DNA of 64,000 nt. Origin: Blautia sp. (GTDB lineage: Bacteria > Bacillota > Clostridia > Lachnospirales > Lachnospiraceae). A program made the position numbers and the translations under genes. The DNA is taken from the NCBI GenBank assembly GCA_023663685.1, contig JAMPHB010000002.1, positions 64,709 through 128,708 on the forward strand. Direction: 5' to 3'. Below are positions 34,980 to 45,414 of this stretch, piece after piece (position 1 is the first letter of the stretch; every line of letters starts with the position of its first letter). The notes below the pieces were generated by a model. It saw only the letters and a list, made by a program, of their open reading frames with translations, was not told the DNA's origin and did no database searches.

Positions 34980-36710
34980 TTATACATCCCGCACCACCGC
35001 ATAGGCCGTGGCCGAGAGCTTCTGGTGCGCCCTGCTCTTTGCAAGGATCTGGTAGACCCCGGGCGCAGAGGGCGCCGTGTAGTGCCCGCCGCTGTCAATG
35101 CTCCCGCTGTCCTTCCCCGCCACAGACCATTCCAGCCGGTCGCCGGAATCGCTCATCTCCGCCTCAAACTGACAATCCTCCCGCGGTTTCAGATACACCA
35201 TATCCGGCTTCAAAAAGAGCGTATGCCTCTTCTCCTTCGCCGCCTCCTGTTCTTCATCGCAAAAGGCTGTCCAGTAGATCTTCACCGACTCCGCTTCGGT
35301 AGACTCCGTAAGCTTTATGCCCAGAACAAAAGTACCCGCCTCCACATCAACCTTCGCCGCCAGCGTTCCCTGCACCTCGCAGACGAAGTCCCCGAACACC
35401 TCCGGCTGTCCGTAGTACACCGCCGAGGGCGTCTCTTTATTGCCCATGCCAAACACCACCGTCACATTGCAGGGTCCAAAACCGTGGACAATGGGCTTAG
35501 AATAAAACCGTCTTCCGGCAAGACCTCCCATGCCCAGAGAAATCATTGCCGTGCCAGACGCCCGCCTTCCGGAGGGGTTCACGGGCAGCTGCCGTTCCCA
35601 GACCTTCGGCTGTCTGCGGTTCTCCAGCATGTGCCTCTTCATGTGTCTCAGCTCCTCCGCCGCCGCCAGCTGCCGAATCCCCGCAATTATGCTGCTGCAG
35701 ATATACTGCCCGAAGGGCATCTCCTCCACATCATCAATCACAGTGTCACCCGCCTCAATAAAGCTGATCTTCGCGAGACAGAGGCTCTGGCGGTTCGCCT
35801 CCTGCCGGATTTCCTGCATGGCATTCGCGTAATACCTGCGGCGTATGCACTCCGCCGGCTCCCCGCAGAGCTCCACGCCGCTCTCGCAGGATGCCCCGGC
35901 GTTTTGCTCTTCCTCCCCCACCCGCAGACAGAAGCTTTTCTCCTTCACCCTCGCATGTGCCCGCAGGTTCTTCGATTTTCCGGCGGTCAGGGTAATGAAA
36001 AGTTCATAACGCTTCGCCCTCTCATGCTTTGTCTCGTCAAACTCCACAAGGACAGAGGAGAGCTCTCCCCTGTAGATACCCTCCAGCTCCAGCTCATAGC
36101 GAAAATAGACCGGCTGTCTCTGCCCCATATTTTCCACCAGTATCCGAACGTCAAACTCCCTCCCGCTCTCCACAAAGCGCGGAAATATCTGGCGTATGCG
36201 GATGCCGTTTCCCCAGTAGACAGTCTTACTCTCCCCATAGTAGGCCGCGCAGCCGTACAGCTCCTGCTTTGGTTCCTGCGCGGTCAGATAGAGGCGGTAT
36301 CCCTCCGCCGTCCGGTTGTAGGCATTCTCCCCGTCCCCTGCGATATTGTAGGCATTGTCCCTCTCATACTCCGCATACTCAATGCACAGATACAGATAGT
36401 CATTTTTTTCTCCGTCCTCCACACAGCCGGGGTAGCCTGGCAGCTCTGCAAGCCTTCTGGTGACCGGCTCATCCACCATAATCTCACGCCCCGCATAATC
36501 CAGCGCAAGCCCTGCCTCCACGGACACCGCATCCTCCGCGACCTGCACCACGGAAAGTCCGCAGACCACGCCGCAGCCGTGCATAAAACGGTTGATCAGC
36601 CGCCGCTTGTCGTTCATATACCTCTGCTCCGCCTCGAAATCCTCCACGCCGAGGAGCTTCCCATAATAGTAGTGGTTTCTCTCAAAAGGAAAATAGTTAA
36701 GGTTCTTCAT
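34980..36710 (-). CDS. eCIS baseplate-associated/fibre-like protein with C-terminal Ig-like domain
   Basis: ERNHYYYGKLL...DF..EQRY...HGCGVVCGL, AGLALDYAGREI; Ig-like EWSV...GSID..GHYTAP; start refined via ATGA overlap. Confidence 0.7.
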   Translation of the reverse strand: MKNLNYFPFERNHYYYGKLLGVEDFEAEQRYMNDKRRLINRFMHGCGVVCGLSVVQVAEDAVSVEAGLALDYAGREIMVDEPVTRRLAELPGYPGCVEDGEKNDYLYLCIEYAEYERDNAYNIAGDGENAYNRTAEGYRLYLTAQEPKQELYGCAAYYGESKTVYWGNGIRIRQIFPRFVESGREFDVRILVENMGQRQPVYFRYELELEGIYRGELSSVLVEFDETKHERAKRYELFITLTAGKSKNLRAHARVKEKSFCLRVGEEEQNAGASCESGVELCGEPAECIRRRYYANAMQEIRQEANRQSLCLAKISFIEAGDTVIDDVEEMPFGQYICSSIIAGIRQLAAAEELRHMKRHMLENRRQPKVWERQLPVNPSGRRASGTAMISLGMGGLAGRRFYSKPIVHGFGPCNVTVVFGMGNKETPSAVYYGQPEVFGDFVCEVQGTLAAKVDVEAGTFVLGIKLTESTEAESVKIYWTAFCDEEQEAAKEKRHTLFLKPDMVYLKPREDCQFEAEMSDSGDRLEWSVAGKDSGSIDSGGHYTAPSAPGVYQILAKSRAHQKLSATAYAVVRDV

Positions 36711-37756
36711 TGCTGCCTTCCTCCCTCCCCGGCAAGCACTGCAAAGGACAGCGCACAGTTTCCCGAGAGCGCAAGGGGCTGGTAGCGCCCCAGCACACTG
36801 TTGATGCCGAGATATGAATGCCTGTCCAGAAAAATACAGTCTCCAAGCATGACAATTCTGCACTCCATATGCGCGGGCTTCGCCAGCTCGACGATCCTGC
36901 CGATCCGGTATTCCAGCGCAGGCTCCCGCTCCCCCGCGGCCTCCACAAGAAGGGTAAACTCATAGGGGTTCCCCGCATAGAGCCTCCGCAGAAGCTTCTC
37001 TTTTGCCCCGCCGTCAAAAAAGGGGGAAATCTGACAATACTCCGCGATATAGGCGCGCTTTTCCACGCCCAGCCAGAGCAGCTTTCGCAGATATTCCGCC
37101 GTCCCCCGGACTGCGGAAAGCCGCGCGGCGTCCGCCACGAGACAGGCGAGCTGTTTTTGGTTCCAGAGCTCCCTCCCCGGAATCCCAAGCCAGTCGGCAA
37201 GCTCCTCCAGCGCCTCCTGCTGCCGGGACGAAAAATAGGTGGGAAAGCGCCCGATTTCCTCTGTCATATCCTCGTAGAGAGACTGGAAAATGCCAAGATA
37301 ACGCTCCAAAAAGGAGGCAGCCGCCCCCTCCTGATAGATTTCCGGGAGCCAGGAAAGCCATGAGTGCCTTGGGAAGCAGATGCGCACCCTGCAAAGCCTT
37401 AATGCACGCCCCCGCGCAAACAGCCGGATTTCCAGCCACAGATACCGCCCGTCCACATCCGGAAGAAGCATGTCCGCCGTATGGGGATATTCTCTCCTTA
37501 TCACTGCCTGCCCGCAGGCAGGCTCCCCCTCCGAGGCACAGACCGTCACACTTACCTGCTCCGGCACAAAATCTCCCTCCAGTACCAGCCGCTGCCAGCC
37601 CATGCCCCTCTCCCCGCTGTCAAACACCCGGCTGCGGTAGATTCCCCTCTCCTCTGTCAGGGTGATTCCCTCTGCATCTATAGAGATTCCCTCCCCGCTT
37701 CCCCTGCGAAAATCCCTCTCTTTATTGAGCAAAAAATATGTTCCGCGCTGTCCCAT
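36707..37756 (-). CDS. Phage tail protein I-like baseplate wedge protein
   Basis: WLPEIYQE, FLERYLGIFQS, LADWLG, RGT...L, KPAH. Confidence 0.82.
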   Translation of the reverse strand: MGQRGTYFLLNKERDFRRGSGEGISIDAEGITLTEERGIYRSRVFDSGERGMGWQRLVLEGDFVPEQVSVTVCASEGEPACGQAVIRREYPHTADMLLPDVDGRYLWLEIRLFARGRALRLCRVRICFPRHSWLSWLPEIYQEGAAASFLERYLGIFQSLYEDMTEEIGRFPTYFSSRQQEALEELADWLGIPGRELWNQKQLACLVADAARLSAVRGTAEYLRKLLWLGVEKRAYIAEYCQISPFFDGGAKEKLLRRLYAGNPYEFTLLVEAAGEREPALEYRIGRIVELAKPAHMECRIVMLGDCIFLDRHSYLGINSVLGRYQPLALSGNCALSFAVLAGEGGRQQ

Positions 37757-37768
37757 TGCCTCCCCTTT

Positions 37769-39802
37769 TTATCTGTCCGCCGATATGTGAAGCACACAGT
37801 CCTCAAGATACGCCAGTCCGTTCGCCGGAAGGAGAAGATCCCCGCTTTTACTGCGCCGGATATCCCTTCCGGTACTCTCCAGCGCAAGCGAAAGTATCTC
37901 CGCCACTGTCCCCTTCACATCCAAAATTCCATAGATTTCACTGCGCCTTACCGCCGCGCCGAAGCTTCCCCGGATTCCCGCAAAATACATATGCAGCGCT
38001 TCCCTAAGCTCCGCCTCCGCCGTCCTTACCTCTGCGCAGACCCGTATCTCCCCGTACACAGTAACCCCCGCATACTCCGGCGAGAGCAGGGTAATCCCCG
38101 TCCCCAGCAGGCGGCGCGGCATAATATGCCTTAAAATGTTCCTGCGGTACGCGCCGTTTAGGGCCGGCCTCTCCTCCGGGGAGGCGGGCTTTGCCACGAT
38201 TGCCACCCTCTCCTCCGGCGGGGAGCCGTCCGGGGCTCTCCCTGCCGCCACGGGAACCACGCCTGCGCTCTCCAGCAGAAGTCCCGGCGTTCCCAGCACA
38301 AGTGCCTCAAAATCCTCCTCCGTGACGGCTCTGTGCATGTCCGCCGCAAGAAGCCGCCTCCGGCATTCCTCCAGCGTCTCCTCCGCCCTTCCTCCCACGG
38401 CGGAAGCGGGATTCGTCACAGTAACGCCCGGCTCCATGGCGCTTCGAATGCTCCCCTCCTGCACGTTTCCCTTCGCGCCGAGGCTCTGCCTTGCTGCGGC
38501 CAGCAAAATCTCTCCCTCCGGCGCCAGCCCATTCACACAGTCCCCAAAGCAGAAGCTGCCCTCCGCCTCCCGAAAGACAAAGACCGCATCCTCCGGCCCC
38601 GCATCCGCAAAATCCACGCGCGGCTCATAGGGCAGATAACAGCCGCTGCCCTTTTCCACCTCCGCCATAAGTGCCAGCCCGTCGGCGCACAGCATGGGAA
38701 AAGCCGCCGGGTATACCTGACGGGGAAGCCCGCTCCCTGTGCCCAGCAAAAGGCTCTCCCCGCGCTCGAAGCACAGCAGGCGGCAGGCAAAGCGCCTTGT
38801 TTCCGGCAGAAGAAACAGCGCCGACTCCCCCTCTGTGCGCCGCTCTACCGTGCCCCCATACCGGAAAAAGCCCTCCTGTCTTTTTTCAAACAGCAGATAC
38901 TCCCCCGTCATGGCAAGCCAGCCGGAGTGCCGCAGCTCTCCCGCCTCCGCAATCCCGTCGTAAGCCTCCACAATCGTCCTCTGCTGGAGCGCAGGCGCGT
39001 TTCCCAGCCGGATTCCCGTGATGACGGGAGGCACATCATATTCTGCGCGCTTCACCACAAGCCGCAGCCAGTATAAATCCTCCACCGCCTCCATCTGCCC
39101 CGGCACCTCAAATTCCAGAAAGCCATCCATCAAAAGCTGGTGGGTTGTATCCTCCGTGAGCAGGCATTCCCTGCATCCCTCTGCGGTCTGGCACTCCAGC
39201 GCAAGTTCCGCCAGCGGATAGAAATCGCAGGCCTCCGGTATCGGGTTGCGCGTCCCGCATTCCGGCTTTGCCACTGAAATGGCGAGGCGGCAGCGCACCC
39301 CCTCCCTGAGAGGCGCCGTCAGCCCCAGCCAGAGAGCATCCCCCGGCGCGGGCGCATCGCCGAAGGCCGGAAAATGCAAAAACTCTTCCACCGCGGCCAT
39401 TCGTCTGTGATTTCCCCTGTGACTCACCAGCTGCACAAGCGCAGACTCCCCGACGCGCACAGACGCCGCCAGCTCAAAACAGACGTCCCCTGCAAAAAAG
39501 CGGCTGCCCTTCGGCAGAAAATGCACATCTTTTGCAGAGAGCGCAAGCATCACAGAGGCCGCCCGCCGATTCCCCGGCGTGATGCCAAGAAGCCTTAAGT
39601 ATCTTAAGATATGCTCCCTCCCAATCTGATCCATGTGAAACTGCTGCTGCTCAATCATCCATGCGAAAAGCTCTAAGACCGTTATACCCGGGTCGTGGCT
39701 GTTGTGGTCTGTCCACGCCGGATAAAGCTCCGGTATCCGCGTAAGAGCCTGCTCCATCAGCCCCCGAAAACTCTGATCATCTAATGAAATCTGTGGAAGC
39801 AC
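37769..39802 (-). CDS. Baseplate J/gp47-like protein (Afp11-like)
   Basis: LDDQSF, P.WTDHNSHDPGITVLELFAW, RAVTEEDFEAL. Confidence 0.92.
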   Translation of the reverse strand: MLPQISLDDQSFRGLMEQALTRIPELYPAWTDHNSHDPGITVLELFAWMIEQQQFHMDQIGREHILRYLRLLGITPGNRRAASVMLALSAKDVHFLPKGSRFFAGDVCFELAASVRVGESALVQLVSHRGNHRRMAAVEEFLHFPAFGDAPAPGDALWLGLTAPLREGVRCRLAISVAKPECGTRNPIPEACDFYPLAELALECQTAEGCRECLLTEDTTHQLLMDGFLEFEVPGQMEAVEDLYWLRLVVKRAEYDVPPVITGIRLGNAPALQQRTIVEAYDGIAEAGELRHSGWLAMTGEYLLFEKRQEGFFRYGGTVERRTEGESALFLLPETRRFACRLLCFERGESLLLGTGSGLPRQVYPAAFPMLCADGLALMAEVEKGSGCYLPYEPRVDFADAGPEDAVFVFREAEGSFCFGDCVNGLAPEGEILLAAARQSLGAKGNVQEGSIRSAMEPGVTVTNPASAVGGRAEETLEECRRRLLAADMHRAVTEEDFEALVLGTPGLLLESAGVVPVAAGRAPDGSPPEERVAIVAKPASPEERPALNGAYRRNILRHIMPRRLLGTGITLLSPEYAGVTVYGEIRVCAEVRTAEAELREALHMYFAGIRGSFGAAVRRSEIYGILDVKGTVAEILSLALESTGRDIRRSKSGDLLLPANGLAYLEDCVLHISADR

Positions 39803-39851
39803 CCCTCCACCTCCTTACTGTCATGCTCCGCGGGCGCATTTCCCGCGCAGC

Positions 39852-42419
39852 TCACTCCGCATCCACCGTGACACTGCAGACGCCGGGCTGTACCACCGCA
39901 AAACCGCGCAGCAGACGCAAAAGCCCCGCATCCTCTGCGTTTTTGTCCCGCCCGCCCACCGGAACCTGCAGCCGTCTGCCGTTCACCCTGCGAAAGGCGC
40001 TTAAGCGCAGCATTCGGACATAGATAAGTCCCGGAATTTTCTGGAGGGCGTTGATACTCTGCGCCTCCCTCGGCAGCACGCCGATCTCCCAGCCATTCCC
40101 GTCATAATTTCCGCTAATCGGATCCAGAAAGCGTCTGTGGGTCTCCTTCACCGCAGACTGCACCTCGTAGAGCCATTCCGCCCCGGCCACCACCTCAGCC
40201 TCCCAGTCCAGCTCAATAAATAAGGGCTCCACAATGCACAGACGCTCTAAGGCGGCAATGTCTGCGCCCATTCTTGCCTTAAAATACTCCATCACCACAG
40301 ACCGCACCCCCGCAAAGTACATAGAACCGGAGCGGTACTGCTGCAGCAGGAGCACCAGAGCCACAGAGCCGGGGACATGCTCCCCCCTCCCGTTACAGCA
40401 GGGGTTGCACTTCACCCTCTCCACGGCGCGGCTTGCCTCCTTTGCCAGCGTCTCATAGTCCCACGCGGTGACCGCCCGCCCCCCGTGGGCAAGCCCCGCG
40501 CTTCCCCGCCGCAGCGTCTCCGAAAGAGGCTCTTCGTCCTCACCGCCGCTAAAGGGCAGCGGGTTCGTCACGCGGTTGACATAGCCGTAGGAGCCGTCCA
40601 GCCTGCTGACTGCCCCCGGCGGACAATTCCCCGCCCGCCCGAAGAAGGATGCCTGTGCCACGGCCGACGCTACGTTTAAATAGATACCTGTAATTCCTGC
40701 GTTCCCGGCCTCCGGAGCTGTCAGCTTTAACCAGTACAGACTCTCGCCGCAGACAAACGCCCTCCGGTGCCCGGACATGCCGGCCGTGACGACTCCGCTC
40801 TTTTTGAGCCCCTCCGTCCCGTCCGCCACAGACAATGCCGCAAAACCCTTTTCCCCCGAGTAAGAAAACTGCAGACGGCCGGCAGAACTCCCCTCCTCCA
40901 CCAGAAATAAAAAGCGCAGGGGCGCGCCCTCCAGCGGGCGGTGAAAGCCTAGATAAAGAGCCGTCTCCCGCCTTGTCTGCCCATAGAACAGCTCCAGCGC
41001 GCCGTCATTTTTCCCCGGCTCCCCATAGCGCCTCTCCTCACAGTTATTGACGGCGACGACAAGTCCCGGGCACACGCACTCCCCGCCGTAGTCATAGCAA
41101 AAGCGAAGAGAGCTCATCACCGGGACAAGGTATGTACCCTTTGGCTTGTAGAGATTATTCATACGCAGAATCCTGACCCGCAGATACCGTGTGGGGGCAC
41201 TCTGCCACTCCAAAAGCCTGGCATCGGACGGACAGTCAAACTCTATGTGCACCGTCTCCCCCGCGCCGCTGCCGCAGAAGATTTTCTCCCCCTGCTCCAC
41301 CGGCAGCCTGCTCCAGCCGACGCCGTTGTAATACTCCCAGACCACGGAGGCGATTGTAATGTCATACTCCGGGTCGGGCACAAAATCCGCCCGCCGCATC
41401 ACAAGCCTCCAGTTCTTATCCACGGAAACGCTGTTGTCAAAGGGAATTTTTTCATAGTCCAGCACAAAGCTTAAGGTGATTCTCGCCCCCGCCTTGCTGA
41501 GAGCCTCTGCGGATGCAAAATAGCATTCCCCGTAAGGCACGGGCTCCCGCCCAAAGGGAAACACTAAGAAATTCTCCTGCTCCCCCTCCAGATTCCAGAT
41601 GAGATCCGGCGCGATGTCCCCATGCCGGGAGGCCGCATGGATTCCCTCTGCCGTAAAGGGAAGCCCCTGCCACGGCTTCCGGCAGCAAACACGAAGGAAA
41701 TAGCCCCGCGCCCCGAAAAGCTCCCCCTCTGCAGGCGTGGATACACACTCCATGCGCAGGATGCCGTTCTCCTGTCTCCGGTTCTCAAACTCCACAAAGC
41801 CCTCTTTTGCCATATAGGAGACATCGTATTCCGCCTGCTTTGCCAGCTCGGAGAGCGCAAGCCCTTTTTGCCCGTCAAAGGTAAGGCTTACCGTTGCCCC
41901 GGCAGATACGAAAAGCTCCTCCCCCATACAGAGGTAAAAGGAATGCTCCTGCAGATTCTCCTCCTCTGCGGCAAAGGGACGAAAGGGGGCTTTTACATTC
42001 TTTTTTCCTATGTAGTCCCGCCCCTGATCCACCAGATACGCGGACACGAGGCGCGCGGCTGTCACATAGACAGCCTCCTTCGTCTCGTAGCCGCAGACCC
42101 ACGTCCCCTTCTTTGCCGACAGCTTCACCCCCTTCGGGAGATAATGGCCGCCGAACTCGTCCCCCGACATCCCGAAAACCACATGGCCGTATGCCGGGGA
42201 CGCCGGCATGGGCGCAAGGCCGCACATGTCAAAAAAAGCTCTCTTATGTTTTTCCGGCAGCCGCAAAAAACGCGTCCGCACCCCCGCGAACAGCTCCGCA
42301 AAAAGCAGCGCAAGCGCCGCCCCCGCGTCCGGATTTTCTACGTCAAAATTCCATTCCGGCGTGTAGGAAGCCGCGAGCGCCTCCAGCTCCTTTACGATTT
42401 CTTGTTGCACAGATTCCAT
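39852..42419 (-). CDS. Second baseplate J/gp47-like protein
   Basis: YTPEW...DAG.AL, NPLPFSGGEDEE, RAVTAWDYE.LA, FLDPISG...GW.IG. Confidence 0.88.
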   Translation of the reverse strand: MESVQQEIVKELEALAASYTPEWNFDVENPDAGAALALLFAELFAGVRTRFLRLPEKHKRAFFDMCGLAPMPASPAYGHVVFGMSGDEFGGHYLPKGVKLSAKKGTWVCGYETKEAVYVTAARLVSAYLVDQGRDYIGKKNVKAPFRPFAAEEENLQEHSFYLCMGEELFVSAGATVSLTFDGQKGLALSELAKQAEYDVSYMAKEGFVEFENRRQENGILRMECVSTPAEGELFGARGYFLRVCCRKPWQGLPFTAEGIHAASRHGDIAPDLIWNLEGEQENFLVFPFGREPVPYGECYFASAEALSKAGARITLSFVLDYEKIPFDNSVSVDKNWRLVMRRADFVPDPEYDITIASVVWEYYNGVGWSRLPVEQGEKIFCGSGAGETVHIEFDCPSDARLLEWQSAPTRYLRVRILRMNNLYKPKGTYLVPVMSSLRFCYDYGGECVCPGLVVAVNNCEERRYGEPGKNDGALELFYGQTRRETALYLGFHRPLEGAPLRFLFLVEEGSSAGRLQFSYSGEKGFAALSVADGTEGLKKSGVVTAGMSGHRRAFVCGESLYWLKLTAPEAGNAGITGIYLNVASAVAQASFFGRAGNCPPGAVSRLDGSYGYVNRVTNPLPFSGGEDEEPLSETLRRGSAGLAHGGRAVTAWDYETLAKEASRAVERVKCNPCCNGRGEHVPGSVALVLLLQQYRSGSMYFAGVRSVVMEYFKARMGADIAALERLCIVEPLFIELDWEAEVVAGAEWLYEVQSAVKETHRRFLDPISGNYDGNGWEIGVLPREAQSINALQKIPGLIYVRMLRLSAFRRVNGRRLQVPVGGRDKNAEDAGLLRLLRGFAVVQPGVCSVTVDAE

Positions 42420-42425
42420 GTCTTC

Positions 42426-42839
42426 CTATGCCCCCTCGTGAATGTAGTAGGGAAAAACCAGATTGTAAGGGTTGTTGGTGGCCCGCACCTCATAGGATAT
42501 GCAGATATCGGCAATCCCCTCCGAAAGCCTCCCGTCCGTAACGCGAACCTCCACCTCTTTGATCCTTGGCTCCCATCGAAGCAGAGCCTGCCGGATTTCC
42601 TTCTCCATGCCCCGCCTGTCAATCATGCTCATGGAGGAAAAGGCGTATTTTTTTATGCCGCAGCCAAATTCCGGCTGCATGACCCGCTCTCCCGGCACGG
42701 TGAAAAGGATCAGCCGGATTGCCTCTGCAATATCCTCCTCCCCCCTGCACATCAGAAAACGCCCGGTGAGAGGGTCTGTCCGGGGCGGAAACGCCACGCC
42801 GCAGCCCAGAAAATCCGCCCCGTCTGTTCTCTCCTCCAT
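42426..42839 (-). CDS. GPW/gp25 baseplate protein (Afp9-like)
   Basis: FLGCGVAFP, IL.TVPGERVMQPEFGC, WEPRI, NLVFPYY. Confidence 0.95.
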   Translation of the reverse strand: MEERTDGADFLGCGVAFPPRTDPLTGRFLMCRGEEDIAEAIRLILFTVPGERVMQPEFGCGIKKYAFSSMSMIDRRGMEKEIRQALLRWEPRIKEVEVRVTDGRLSEGIADICISYEVRATNNPYNLVFPYYIHEGA

Positions 42840-42858
42840 ATCACTGCCTCCTTCCCTG

Positions 42859-43680
42859 TCAGCCCAGCTTCATCACCTGACCCTTTGCCTCAAACATACC
42901 GCTGCTCTCCGCCTTAAAGGACGCCGTCCCCTTTAGGGCGAGCGACGCCTGCGCCTGTGCTTTGATGTTTTGTCCCCGTATCTCTGTACTGCTGCCCTCC
43001 AGGGAGGTATTCTGCCCTTTCAGCTCCAGCTTTTGTCCCGCCTCTGCCCTGATATTGTCCGCCGCAAGCGAGAGCTTTTTCTCCTCCCCGTCCAGCACTG
43101 CCATCTCCTTATCCCCCGCGGCAAGCACCAGCTTTTTTTCCGCCTTAAGGCAGACTGTTCCCTCCCCGGCGTCGATGGCGATACTGTTTTTTCCCTCCCC
43201 GTCCATGAACAGGAGCTTTTGATTCTCATCGTCGAGCTCCAGCTTACTGCCCGCCCTCGTCCTGACGGTGAGCTTCTCCTTCCCCTCCTCGTCGGAGATT
43301 TCGATGGAGTTTCCCCCCTTCGTGAGCAGGCGCTTGACGGTGTTATTCTCCCTGGCGGTCTCCTCCGGGAGCACATTCTTCCGGTTCCAGAGACAGCCGA
43401 TCACATAAGGGCTCTCCGGATGCCCCATATAAAAGGCGACGATCACCTGCGCGCCAATTTCCGGGAGCAGATAGGCGCCGTAGCCGTTTCCCGCGTAGGG
43501 AGATGCCACCGGAACCCAGTCCAGCTCATTCTGCTGCTCCGTTCCTAAAAGAAGCTGCACCTTCACCATCCCCGGATGCGCACTGTCCCAGTTGTCCGTG
43601 ACCTCCCCGAGCAAAATCCCCTGTATCCTGCCGGACGCCTCCGTCTCACTGCCATGGCGCAGCTCCTCATACAGACTCAT
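42859..43680 (-). CDS. gp5 / baseplate assembly protein V (spike; C-terminal half of VgrG/Afp8)
   Basis: OB-fold GEVTDN...VKV, LPEIGAQVIVAF..G....PYVIGCLWN; beta-helix C-terminus. Confidence 0.92.
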   Translation of the reverse strand: MSLYEELRHGSETEASGRIQGILLGEVTDNWDSAHPGMVKVQLLLGTEQQNELDWVPVASPYAGNGYGAYLLPEIGAQVIVAFYMGHPESPYVIGCLWNRKNVLPEETARENNTVKRLLTKGGNSIEISDEEGKEKLTVRTRAGSKLELDDENQKLLFMDGEGKNSIAIDAGEGTVCLKAEKKLVLAAGDKEMAVLDGEEKKLSLAADNIRAEAGQKLELKGQNTSLEGSSTEIRGQNIKAQAQASLALKGTASFKAESSGMFEAKGQVMKLG

Positions 43681-44753
43681 TCCCTCTTCCCTCCCAGTGT
43701 AAAATCCGTGGCAAAACCATCTCCTCCGAAGGAATGGCTCACGCTCTTTAGATAGTAGTCGCCGTTGATGTCTTTATCCAGCCCGGCAATGGTGATGTAG
43801 CGCCCCGGCAGCAGCACAGGCATTCCGACACAGCTCCCCCTGCCGGAATACATGCTCTCCTTTAAGGCGTCCACCTCGTCCTTAAGACGGTCGGATACCT
43901 CCTCCTTTGTCTCCACATTCGTAATCTCAATGATGCGCTCCGTGGCGGAAAGACCGCTGCCAGCCGCCCCTAGGCTGCTCACCATATCCGACAGGATGAC
44001 GGGGCCGGACTCCGGGGAGCCCTTCATGCTCCCGCGCACCTCCACGCGGACATTGACATAGCTTTCTCCCCTGGTGAAGGAGAGTATCTCACTCCCCCAT
44101 GCCAGCGTCAGCATCGAAGAACTCTGCGGCTTTGCAAAGAGCTTCGCCTTATCCCCGTATACCAGAAACTGCAGCGCCTTGTCCCTGCACAGCTTTTTCA
44201 CCAGATACAGATCGCTCCCCCGCTGAATCAGCTGGTCAATGACCTCGCTCCCCTTCTCCTCCACGCTGGCGGTAAGCCCGAGCCCCGGAAAACCCGAGAG
44301 AAGCTCCGAAAAAATGGCGGACACCGTCTTTTCCCTCCAGACATGGCCAAGCCTTGTATTGTCCGCTAAAAGCCGCTTCACGTCCATCGCTGTGACCTGC
44401 ATGGATGGGATATCCGAAAACTGTACGCTGGTCTCGTAGATAAAGCCGTGGAATACATCCTCATACTCACTGCCATAGCCCAGCTCAATTTTTACAGAAG
44501 CGCCGCAGGCAAAAGCGCTCTTCACCCCCGCCTTAAGGCTGTGCCCCTGCAGATCATAAATATCCGTCACCGTAAAGCTCGCGCTCGCCGCCGCATCCAG
44601 ATTCAGCGACACCTGCACGCTCTCCAGCTGCGCAAGCCCCGGGGTGAGCTCCCTGCCGCCGACGCTCACCTTCGCCGCAGGCACAAAATAATTCCCATAC
44701 TTTTTCCGAAGCGCATCCGTATCGTAAACCGCCGTCATTCTGTCGTCCGCCAT
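43677..44753 (-). CDS. Phage late control D / gp27-like hub (N-terminal half of VgrG/Afp8)
   Basis: VKIELGY, Q..SDLYLV..L, G.CVGMP.L.PG, Y...SVSHSF...GF.TDF. Confidence 0.88.
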   Translation of the reverse strand: MADDRMTAVYDTDALRKKYGNYFVPAAKVSVGGRELTPGLAQLESVQVSLNLDAAASASFTVTDIYDLQGHSLKAGVKSAFACGASVKIELGYGSEYEDVFHGFIYETSVQFSDIPSMQVTAMDVKRLLADNTRLGHVWREKTVSAIFSELLSGFPGLGLTASVEEKGSEVIDQLIQRGSDLYLVKKLCRDKALQFLVYGDKAKLFAKPQSSSMLTLAWGSEILSFTRGESYVNVRVEVRGSMKGSPESGPVILSDMVSSLGAAGSGLSATERIIEITNVETKEEVSDRLKDEVDALKESMYSGRGSCVGMPVLLPGRYITIAGLDKDINGDYYLKSVSHSFGGDGFATDFTLGGKRE

Positions 44754-44762
44754 CTCTTTCTC

Positions 44763-45410
44763 CTACAGCGGTGGCAGCCTTAAGCAATCTCCCGCCTCAA
44801 TTTCCAGCGGATTGTTGATGCCGTTTGCCACCGCAATCTTTCGCCACAGCTCCACGTCCCCATACTCCCGCCACGCATGATGCCAGAGCTGCTCCTTCTC
44901 CTTCAATATCCGGAGCTTGCTACGGTCGGGCGACTCAAAGGGTTCCAGCCTCCTGCTGTCGCCGGGATTTAAAAGCGATTTGAAGGTGACGTCCACCTTT
45001 GCACGCACCGGCGTCCCGTCGGACAAAAACATGGTGTAGCTCTCCTTCACACCTGCCACATAACCGCAAAACTGCAGGCTGCCCCAGCAGAAGATCACCT
45101 CCGGCGGCCTGTGCAGACTCCCCCGTATGGCTGCAAGCCCGGCGAGCTTTTTCGTCCGCTCCGCCACGCTGCTGCCACCCTCCGGCTTCTCCGTGGTGGG
45201 CGGCTCGTAAGTGTCAAAATAAAGCGTCATTTCCAGTGTCATGCTCTCCCCGGCCACAAACTGGCTGATGGGGCCGTCCAGACCCGGAATCTTTTTCTCG
45301 CTGTATCCCGCCCCGTAGGAGATATTGTAGGACTCCGGGTTGAACTGTACCTCGATTTCTTCCGCGCCGCCCTCCTCCGTCTCCACAAGAATCGCCGCCT
45401 TTTCCGCCAT
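44763..45410 (-). CDS. CIS tube initiator with LysM-like C-terminus (Afp7-like)
   Basis: VQFNPESY, L.FDT, PP.V.F.WG, F..DGTPVRA.V, WRKIA.ANGI.NP. Confidence 0.92.
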   Translation of the reverse strand: MAEKAAILVETEEGGAEEIEVQFNPESYNISYGAGYSEKKIPGLDGPISQFVAGESMTLEMTLYFDTYEPPTTEKPEGGSSVAERTKKLAGLAAIRGSLHRPPEVIFCWGSLQFCGYVAGVKESYTMFLSDGTPVRAKVDVTFKSLLNPGDSRRLEPFESPDRSKLRILKEKEQLWHHAWREYGDVELWRKIAVANGINNPLEIEAGDCLRLPPL

Positions 45411-45414
45411 TTTA

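Noticed and set aside
34542-36785. 747-aa plus-strand ORF and other long antisense ORFs (41622-42917, 47619-48806, 54332-55282)
   Set aside because: Shadows of GC-rich minus-strand genes, with no recognisable motifs
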